This document shows, piece after piece, positions 37,042 to 43,810 of a DNA stretch of 43,810 nucleotides. The translations under genes and the position numbers were made by a program. The stretch spans positions 1 to 43,810 of the forward strand of contig JBGTIC010000265.1 in NCBI GenBank assembly GCA_041745895.1, read 5' to 3'. Numbering within the stretch: the stretch's first letter is position 1; the number at the start of each line of letters is the position of its first letter. This DNA comes from Gammaproteobacteria bacterium. GTDB taxonomy: Bacteria; Pseudomonadota; Gammaproteobacteria; Steroidobacterales; PWYM01. The notes beneath the pieces are model-generated. The model did not search any database. It was given only the letters and a program-made list of their open reading frames with translations, and had not been told where the DNA came from.

Positions 37042-38553
37042 ATGCAGGGAGGTATCAGCGACAGCGGCGTATTCCGCATGCTTAGTGATCGCGGCGCCCG
37101 CGACGCGCCGATCGTGATCGTCTCGGCGTGCGATGAGGCGGCGAGCGCCGTTGCCGCACAGTTCGATTTCCTCGATGTGCGAAGTGTGCACACTCGGATC
37201 GATGGCGACTCCGAGGCGTTCGAGGAAGGTCAGGCGCCTCTGGCCGCGATTCTGGTGAGCAGCTGGCCCGCGCCCGTTGTACCGGAGTTGCTGGACAAGC
37301 TTTGTTCGCGCTGGCCCAAGCTGCCGATCGTCATCCATCAGCATGGCGCTGCAGAGATCGACGTCCGGCTGGGCGATCATCCTCAGGTAGTCAGCCTGCT
37401 TCAGCAACCTGTGCGCTATCCTCAGCTGGTGGCCGTTCTTCGCGAGCTTCGGCTGATTCAGGCCAATGGCGGTATCGAGTCGGCACGCCCGCAGCCCGAA
37501 CTGTTCCGATCGCTCGTGGGTCGCAGCCAGGGCGTGCAGACCGTGCGCAGTTTGATCACGCGTATTGCGCCCAGCGAGGCCAGCGTACTTGTGCTCGGCG
37601 AGACCGGTACTGGCAAGGAGGTCGTCGCCCGAAACATCCACTTTCATTCGCCGCGGCGCGGCGGTCCCTTCGTAGCCATCAATTGCGGTGCAATACCGGC
37701 AGACCTGCTGGAAAGCGAGCTTTTCGGTCACGAGAAGGGGGCGTTCACGGGCGCTGTGACCAGCCGCAAAGGGCGTTTCGAACTCGCCGCCGGGGGTACG
37801 CTGTTCCTCGACGAGATCGGGGATATGCCGCTGGATATGCAGGTGAAGCTGCTGCGGGTGCTTCAGGAACGCCGTTTCGAGCGTCTGGGTGCCACCCGGC
37901 CCATCGATGCCGATGTCCGCATCGTTGCTGCAACCCATCGCGATCTCGAGCTGATGATCGCCCAGGGAAGCTTCCGTGAGGATCTCTACTACCGGCTCAA
38001 TGTCGTCTCGGTAGTGATGCCGCCCCTGCGGGAGCGACGTGAAGACCTGCCGCTGCTGATTGCGGAACTCAATGCCCAGCTGCAGCGACGCGGCATGTCT
38101 GCTGCGCATTTTGGCACCAATGCACTGCGGGCGCTGGCCAGGCATCAGTGGCCGGGCAATGTTCGCGAACTGGCCAATCTGGTGGAACGCTGCGCCATTC
38201 TCGCCCCCGACCAGCCGGTAGAACTCGATGACCTGCCGGAGAAATTGCAGGCGCTGGTGGCCGAGGAGGAGCGGGCGGATGCAATCGGCGGTGATACTGG
38301 CGGCACGCTCCCGGCGGGTCTGCTGGGTGGCGCCGGTACGGAGTTCCAACTGCCGGCGCTGGGCAATGGCGGCTCCCAAGTGGAGCTCAAGAGCCTTCTG
38401 GAAGGCCTGGAGATGCGCCTTATCCGCCAGGCCCTTGAGGAAACCCAGGGGGTGGTGGCACAGGCGGCAAAGATGCTCGGGCTGCGCCGTACCACCCTGG
38501 TGGAGAAAATGCGCAAGTTCCAGATCGATCGCAGTGCCGAAGAACTGAGCTGA
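37042..38553 (+). CDS. fleQ: sigma54-dependent flagellar master regulator FleQ/FlrA
   Basis: Degenerate REC-like N-terminal domain, [62 protein letters not shown]. Start uncertain (36991, 37042 or 37078). Confidence 0.92.
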   Translation: MQGGISDSGVFRMLSDRGARDAPIVIVSACDEAASAVAAQFDFLDVRSVHTRIDGDSEAFEEGQAPLAAILVSSWPAPVVPELLDKLCSRWPKLPIVIHQHGAAEIDVRLGDHPQVVSLLQQPVRYPQLVAVLRELRLIQANGGIESARPQPELFRSLVGRSQGVQTVRSLITRIAPSEASVLVLGETGTGKEVVARNIHFHSPRRGGPFVAINCGAIPADLLESELFGHEKGAFTGAVTSRKGRFELAAGGTLFLDEIGDMPLDMQVKLLRVLQERRFERLGATRPIDADVRIVAATHRDLELMIAQGSFREDLYYRLNVVSVVMPPLRERREDLPLLIAELNAQLQRRGMSAAHFGTNALRALARHQWPGNVRELANLVERCAILAPDQPVELDDLPEKLQALVAEEERADAIGGDTGGTLPAGLLGGAGTEFQLPALGNGGSQVELKSLLEGLEMRLIRQALEETQGVVAQAAKMLGLRRTTLVEKMRKFQIDRSAEELS

Positions 38554-38573
38554 GCGCACTGTCCGGACGACGC

Positions 38574-38587
38574 GTCAGATCCTTGAC
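38574..38587. promoter_or_regulatory. FleQ-type upstream activator site
   Basis: GTCA-GATCCT-TGAC perfect half-sites, about 65 bp upstream of the -24 box, with an AT-rich stretch in between. Confidence 0.7.
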
Positions 38588-38651
38588 GGCGCTCGCTTGC
38601 TCGCGGCGCGAGATCTGAAAAACTCTCTCTTAAGCAATAACTAACGTGCAA

Positions 38652-38667
38652 TGGCACGGGATTTGCT
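38652..38667 (+). promoter_or_regulatory. sigma54 promoter for the fleR-like/fliEFGHI operon
   Basis: TGGCAC-GGGAT-TTGCT. Confidence 0.85.
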
Positions 38668-38715
38668 TTGACTTCTGCGACAGTCTTCTTGACCGATCCG
38701 CAGGAGTTCGGACGC

Positions 38716-39708
38716 ATGACCGAAGCCGATAAACTGGCGAGCCCTCGTGGCCATCGTGATCTCCCGATCGCGCAGGACGCACGCAGCCGCGAGATGTTCG
38801 CTTTGGCTGAACGCGTCGCGGCCGCGGACGTGACCGTCATGCTCACCGGCGAGTCCGGCGTGGGCAAGGAAGTCTACGCGCGCTTCATCCACGCGGTTTC
38901 CCGGCGCCAGTCCGGGCCATTCATTGCGGTCAACTGTGCTGCGATCCCGGAGCCCATGCTCGAGGCAATCCTGTTCGGCCACGAGAAGGGTGCCTTCACT
39001 GGCGCTACCGATGCCCGTCCCGGCAAGTTTGAACAGGCCACTGACGGCACGCTGCTGCTCGATGAAGTCACCGAAATGCCGATCGGATTGCAGGCCAAGC
39101 TGCTGCGTGTCCTTCAGGAGCGCGAAGTGGAGCGACTGGGCGCTGCCACAGCAAGGCATGTGAATGTACGCGTGATTGCCACCTCGAACCGCCTGCTGCG
39201 CGACGCAGTCGGCGAAGGAGTGCTGCGCGAGGACCTGTACTACCGGTTGAATGTATTTCCCCTGCAGGTGCCGGCCTTGAGGGATCGCCCGGGAGACATC
39301 GTCGCGCTGGCCGAGCACCTTCTGAAGCGCCATGCAGCCGACGGTACGGCGCCGACGCTCAGTACAGCAGCCTGCGACTACCTGCGTCGTCACACGTGGC
39401 CAGGGAATGTGCGTGAACTCGAGAACGTGATGCAGCGAGCCCTGATCCTGCACAGCGGTGGACAAGTAGAGGCTGCGGATCTGCAATTCGATACGTTGGA
39501 GACGCAGCAGGTCAGCGGCATCGGTAATGACCGCGTCGAACTCGATCTCGATGCCTCCTTGCGTGTCTCGGAAGGCGAGTTGATTCGCGCGGCGTTGCGC
39601 GCCGAGGAAGGCCGCCGCAAGCCTGCGGCCGATCGTCTTGGCATCAGCCCGAGAACATTGCGCTACAAGATGGCGCGGCTTCGTGAAATGGGAGTGGCAC
39701 TGCCATGA
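38716..39708 (+). CDS. FleR/FlrC-like sigma54 activator lacking the receiver domain
   Basis: AAA+ domain ([30 protein letters not shown]) plus the FleR-type [13 protein letters not shown], with only about 15 aa before the AAA+ region. AGGAG SD before the ATG at 38716. Confidence 0.88.
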   Translation: MTEADKLASPRGHRDLPIAQDARSREMFALAERVAAADVTVMLTGESGVGKEVYARFIHAVSRRQSGPFIAVNCAAIPEPMLEAILFGHEKGAFTGATDARPGKFEQATDGTLLLDEVTEMPIGLQAKLLRVLQEREVERLGAATARHVNVRVIATSNRLLRDAVGEGVLREDLYYRLNVFPLQVPALRDRPGDIVALAEHLLKRHAADGTAPTLSTAACDYLRRHTWPGNVRELENVMQRALILHSGGQVEAADLQFDTLETQQVSGIGNDRVELDLDASLRVSEGELIRAALRAEEGRRKPAADRLGISPRTLRYKMARLREMGVALP

Positions 39709-40025
39709 GTGACATGCAGATCCAGCAGGTACTGGCGCAGATGCGCGCGCTCTCGGCGCGTGCGGGTGAGGGGCCGACTGCGGCGACCGGTGCGGCCCAG
39801 GGTGCGGAATTCGCAACCCTGCTCAAGCAGTCTCTGGACCAGGTCAATGCGGCCCAACAGCACTCCGGCGAGCTTACAACCCGCTTCGTCGCGGGTGACA
39901 CCCAGGTCAGCCTGCCCGATGTCATGGTCGCGATGCAGAAATCCAGTCTGCAGTTCGAAGCGGTGACACAGGTTCGCAACCGCCTGGTTGCCGCCTACCA
40001 GGAAATCATGAACATGCAGGTCTGA
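39705..40025 (+). CDS. fliE: Flagellar hook-basal body protein FliE
   Basis: [22 protein letters not shown]....[17 protein letters not shown]. Confidence 0.96.
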   Translation: MSDMQIQQVLAQMRALSARAGEGPTAATGAAQGAEFATLLKQSLDQVNAAQQHSGELTTRFVAGDTQVSLPDVMVAMQKSSLQFEAVTQVRNRLVAAYQEIMNMQV

Positions 40026-40071
40026 TCGGCCTGTACTGCCCTGATTCACGCTGACAAGGAAGCATTCTGAA

Positions 40072-41751
40072 ATGGCGGACAATCTGCCCCGGACGATCAG
40101 TAAACAGTTTGCAGGCCTGGGTCGGCTGCCGGCACAGCGCCAGTTCGGCACGGTGCTCGGTCTGGCTGTCGTGCTCGCCCTTGCGGTTACGGTAGTCATG
40201 TGGGGACTGCGGCCTGGCTATCAGGTGCTGCTATCCGGCGCGGCCGAGCGCGACATCGCTCAGGCGGTGACGGCACTCAGCCGCCAGAACATTCCGCATC
40301 GACTGGATGGACGCAATGGTGCCCTGATGGTGCCGGCGACACGCGTCGCCGAGGCTCGTCTGAACCTGGCCACCGAAGGCCTGCCGCGTGCCGATGGCGT
40401 GGGCTTCGAGCTGCTCGATCAGGACAACGGTATCGGCACCAGCCGGATGGTCGAGACCGCACGCTACCAGCGGGCACTGGAAGGCGAGATCGCACGTTCG
40501 GTCACAACACTCAACAGCGTCGAGCGGGCCCGTGTGCACCTCGCACTGCCGCGTCAGTCGGTATTTGTGCGTGACCGCATCAAGCCGGGCGCATCGGTCA
40601 TCGTCCACCTGCATCCCGGGCGCACGCTCGACGACGCTCAGGTCGCGGGCATCGTGCATCTTGTGGCCTCGAGTGTCCCTGAGCTCGAAGCCGAACGCGT
40701 CACAGTAATCGACCAGCGTGGACAGTTGCTCAGCCAGCTGGCCGGCGCCACTGCCAGCGGCTTGACGGCGCAGCACCTGGACTACACCCGTCGCCTCGAG
40801 GATGCCTATCGCGAGCGCATCGAAGACATTCTCGCACCGCTGGTGGGCGGCGATGGCATGCGCGTGCAGGTGACTGCAGAAATCGACTTCACCCAGATCG
40901 AGAGTACCCGCGAGAGCTTCGATCCGGAGCGCATCGTGCTGCGCAGCGAGCAGACCAGCGAGGAGGAGAGCCGCAGCGCGATGCCTGGGGGCGTGCCCGG
41001 TGCGCTGACCAATCAACCTCCCGGTGCGGCCACCGTGGTGATGCCGGCACAAGGCCTGATGAATGAAGAACAGCGCGCCACCGATCCGGCATCGCGCAGT
41101 TCGCGCAGTACCCGAAACTTCGAGGTCGACCGCGAGGTCAGCCACATACGCCAGGCGCCAGCCACGTTGTCACGCATTTCCGTGGCCGTGGTGGTCGATG
41201 ATCGTATCGGCCGCGGAGAGGATGGCGAACGAGTGCGTCTGCCCCGCGATGCGGCTGAAATGACCTATCTGCAGTCGTTGGTCGGCGAGGCTGTGGGCTT
41301 CAACGAGGCGCGCGGTGATCGAATCAATGTCGTCAATGCCGCGTTTCGTGAAGTGATCGAACCCGACGCATTGGAAGCACGTCCTCTGTGGGAGGAGCCC
41401 TGGATCCGTGATCTCGCCCGCCAGGGCCTGGCGGTGCTTGGTCTGCTGCTGCTGATCCTGCTGGTGCTGCGGCCCACGCTGCGACAGCTCGCACAGCTTC
41501 CAGCGCCGGCACCCGGTCGGGCAATGACCGCGATGGCAGGTGCCGCGCCCGGTCTGCCGCAACCACCGGGCAGCGCTGCGCTGGCTGGTCAACTCGGCCA
41601 AGCAGCCGGTGAGTTCGGGCTCGCCTCCGGCCGCAGCGGTACGGGGAGTTCGCTCGAAGATGAGCTCAGCAAAGTACGCAAGGTGGCCACCGATGATCCG
41701 CGACTGGTGGCCCAGGTCGTACGTACATGGATGAACCAGGATGGCAAGTAA
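40072..41751 (+). CDS. fliF: Flagellar MS-ring protein FliF
   Basis: GFELLD, RALEGE.ARS, ARVHLALP..SVF.R, LRSEQ, GGVPGALTNQPP, AVGF...RGD, C-terminal DP..VAQV.R.W. Confidence 0.97.
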   Translation: MADNLPRTISKQFAGLGRLPAQRQFGTVLGLAVVLALAVTVVMWGLRPGYQVLLSGAAERDIAQAVTALSRQNIPHRLDGRNGALMVPATRVAEARLNLATEGLPRADGVGFELLDQDNGIGTSRMVETARYQRALEGEIARSVTTLNSVERARVHLALPRQSVFVRDRIKPGASVIVHLHPGRTLDDAQVAGIVHLVASSVPELEAERVTVIDQRGQLLSQLAGATASGLTAQHLDYTRRLEDAYRERIEDILAPLVGGDGMRVQVTAEIDFTQIESTRESFDPERIVLRSEQTSEEESRSAMPGGVPGALTNQPPGAATVVMPAQGLMNEEQRATDPASRSSRSTRNFEVDREVSHIRQAPATLSRISVAVVVDDRIGRGEDGERVRLPRDAAEMTYLQSLVGEAVGFNEARGDRINVVNAAFREVIEPDALEARPLWEEPWIRDLARQGLAVLGLLLLILLVLRPTLRQLAQLPAPAPGRAMTAMAGAAPGLPQPPGSAALAGQLGQAAGEFGLASGRSGTGSSLEDELSKVRKVATDDPRLVAQVVRTWMNQDGK

Positions 41752-42766
41752 AGCGCAATCGGCAGGTGAGGCGACCATCAGTGGCGTGGATCGCGCCGCG
41801 ATCTTCCTGATGACCTTGGGCGAGGATACCGCCTCGGCGGTGCTCAAACACCTGGGTCCGAAGGAAGTTCAGAACATCGGGACGGCGATGGCGGCAATGC
41901 CGGCGATCAGTCGTACGCAGCTTGCGCGTGTGGTGGCAGAGTTCACCTCCGTGGTGGATGAGCAGACGCCTATCGGTGTGGGCAGCGATGAGTATCTGCG
42001 CAAGGTGCTGACCCAGGCGTTGGGCGAGGATCGGGCGCGAAGTCTGATCGACCGTATTCTGGTCGGCGGCAATTCCAGTGGCCTTGAATCGCTGAAGTGG
42101 ATGGATGGTCGTGCGGTGGCGGATATGATCCGCAATGAACATCCGCAGATCATGGCTATCGTCGTGTCCTATCTGGACAGTGACCACGGCGCTGAAGTGC
42201 TGGGGTTTCTCCCTGATCGCGTACGCAGTGACGTGATCATGCGCATCGCTTCACTGGAGAGCATTCATCCCAGTGCGCTGCAGGAGCTCGACCAGATTCT
42301 TGAGCGTCAGTTCTCTGGCACATCAGCCACCAAGACCAGCGTTGTGGGCGGTCTGAAGCGCGCAGCAGACATTCTCAATCTGATGGATTCCTCGATCGAA
42401 GCCGCCATCATCGACAGCATCAAGGCCTCAGACGAGGGTCTTGGCGGGCGTATCCAGGAGCTGATGTTTACTTTTGAGAACCTGCTGGACCTAGATGACC
42501 GCAGCATCCAACGCCTGCTGCGCGAGATCTCCAGTGATCAACTTGTAATCTCGCTGAAGGGTGCGACCGCGGAAATCAAGGCGCTTGTCGTGCGCAACAT
42601 GTCCAAACGTGCCGCGGAAAGCCTGCAGGAAGACCTTGAGATGCGCGGTCCGACGCGCGTCTCCGAGGTTGAGGCAGCACAGAAGGAGATTCTGGGTATC
42701 GTCAGGCGCCTGTCCGAAGAGGGTGAGATTTCGGTAGGAGGCAAGGGCGGCGATGACTTCGTCTGA
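41741..42766 (+). CDS. fliG: Flagellar motor switch protein FliG
   Basis: RAAIFLMTLGE, EHPQ, GG linker, MFTFENL, NMSKRAA, GP.R.SEVE.AQKEI. Confidence 0.97.
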   Translation: MASKAQSAGEATISGVDRAAIFLMTLGEDTASAVLKHLGPKEVQNIGTAMAAMPAISRTQLARVVAEFTSVVDEQTPIGVGSDEYLRKVLTQALGEDRARSLIDRILVGGNSSGLESLKWMDGRAVADMIRNEHPQIMAIVVSYLDSDHGAEVLGFLPDRVRSDVIMRIASLESIHPSALQELDQILERQFSGTSATKTSVVGGLKRAADILNLMDSSIEAAIIDSIKASDEGLGGRIQELMFTFENLLDLDDRSIQRLLREISSDQLVISLKGATAEIKALVVRNMSKRAAESLQEDLEMRGPTRVSEVEAAQKEILGIVRRLSEEGEISVGGKGGDDFV

Positions 42767-43451
42767 TTCTCAGACCATGACGGGCGCAGCCTCGGCGCAG
42801 GGCGCAACGGTGCGCCGCTGGCTTGCCCCGGATATGTCCGGCATGTCACGGGCCTCGCAGTCCGGGCCGCCGGCGATGCCACTGACGGCTGAGCGCATCG
42901 GCGAGATTGAAGCCCAGGCCCATGAGGAGGGCTATCGTCGAGGTCTGGAGGAGGGCCGCGCCGCAGGGCAGCTGCAGATGCAGGAGGCCGCACAGCGACT
43001 TGAAGCGCTGCTTGCAAGCCTGGATCCGCTGGCGGATGTCCTCGACGAGCCGATGATGGAGCAACTCGGTGAGCTGGTGATGGCGGTATCGCGCCAGTTC
43101 GTACGCCGTGAGCTGTCCCGGGAGCCCGGCGAAATCGTACGCGTTGTGCGTGAGGCCATGGCCGCGTTGCCGATGTCGGAGGCCCGCGTGCACATCCACC
43201 TGCATCCGGAGGATGTTCGCCTGGTCCGCGAGGCGCTGCCTGCAGAAACCTTGGAACGGACGATTCGCCTGCACGACGATCTCACGCTCAGCCGAGGCGG
43301 CACGCGTGTTGAAACCGACGTCTCGCTGGTGGATGCCAGCGTGGAGACGCGCATGGCGGCCATCGCTTCCCGCCTGCTGGGTGACGAGCGCCTCAGCGGG
43401 CATGATCATCTGCAGGCCCGGCCAGGCGCCGACGATCATGCCGGCACCTGA
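42753..43451 (+). CDS. fliH: Flagellar assembly protein FliH
   Basis: N-terminal W..PD, AxxxGxxxG repeats (AHEEGYRRGLEEG), LHPED, L.RGG..VET....VDA.VE.R. Confidence 0.93.
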   Translation: MTSSDSQTMTGAASAQGATVRRWLAPDMSGMSRASQSGPPAMPLTAERIGEIEAQAHEEGYRRGLEEGRAAGQLQMQEAAQRLEALLASLDPLADVLDEPMMEQLGELVMAVSRQFVRRELSREPGEIVRVVREAMAALPMSEARVHIHLHPEDVRLVREALPAETLERTIRLHDDLTLSRGGTRVETDVSLVDASVETRMAAIASRLLGDERLSGHDHLQARPGADDHAGT

Positions 43452-43810
43452 CGCTGCAGCGACCCAGCGCCGCCGCCGGCAGCTTCGGGCGCACATCGGT
43501 GCCTGGCGGGACGTCATGGCACAGGATCTGAGCCTGGTCGCCGAGGGTCGCCTGGTGCGAATGGTCGGGATGACGCTGGAGGCGGTGGGATGCGAGATGC
43601 CGGTGGGTGGGCGCTGCCGCATTCTGGGTCGCGGACATGATCCTGTGCTGGCCGAGGCGGTCGGGTTCGCTGGAGACAGGATGTTCCTGATGCCGGTCGG
43701 TCAGATCGGTGGTCTGACGCCGCAGGCACGCGTTCGCCCGGTGTCGCGCGCCCGTCAGATGCCCGTCGGCGACATGCTGCTCGGCCGCGTCATCGACCCG
43801 ACCGGCCAGG
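43438..43810 (+). CDS. fliI: Flagellar export ATPase FliI, N-terminal part (runs off the right edge)
   Basis: Hand translation from the ATG at 43438: ...EGRLVRMVGMTLEAVGC...AEAVGF...LMP...LLGRVIDPTGQ; follows fliH. Confidence 0.92.
   Translation, partial: MPAPDAAATQRRRRQLRAHIGAWRDVMAQDLSLVAEGRLVRMVGMTLEAVGCEMPVGGRCRILGRGHDPVLAEAVGFAGDRMFLMPVGQIGGLTPQARVRPVSRARQMPVGDMLLGRVIDPTGQ

Noticed and set aside
1-43810. CRISPR arrays, tRNA/rRNA, IS elements, integrases, defence systems
   Set aside because: None seen; the window is densely coding, with intergenic gaps under about 200 nt and no periodic repeats.

Overview
A GC-rich gammaproteobacterial chromosomal segment in two blocks. (1) 1-11015 is an envelope/competence block: a partial divergent secreted protein, two tandem Lol permeases plus lolD, DUF2062, comEC, an exbB/exbD-like pair, msbA, lpxK and kdsB. 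(2) 11016-43810 is a continuous polar-type (FleQ/sigma54/sigma28) flagellar supercluster: motAB and two stand-alone HDOD genes; a convergent flgA-flgM-flgN, McpA-like receptor and PilZ brake; cheV; flgB-L; a TPR/sulfotransferase-like gene; fliC-flaG-fliD-fliS-fliT-like-tPilZ; fleQ; a receiver-less FleR/FlrC-like activator with no adjacent fleS; and fliEFGH plus a partial fliI. Much of the regulatory wiring is readable from the DNA: six sigma28 promoters, four sigma54 promoters, a sigma70-like fleQ promoter, FleQ-type boxes and a tandem CGGCA/TGCCG enhancer. The best candidates for something new are the REC-less, kinase-less FleR-like activator, the degenerate sulfotransferase-fold protein coupled to flgL next to a Tyr-free flagellin, the motAB-HDOD-HDOD/PilZ/McpA module, and a structured fliC 3' spacer. 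I saw no rRNA, tRNA, CRISPR array or mobile element. All family calls are by motif recognition; no database searches were run.
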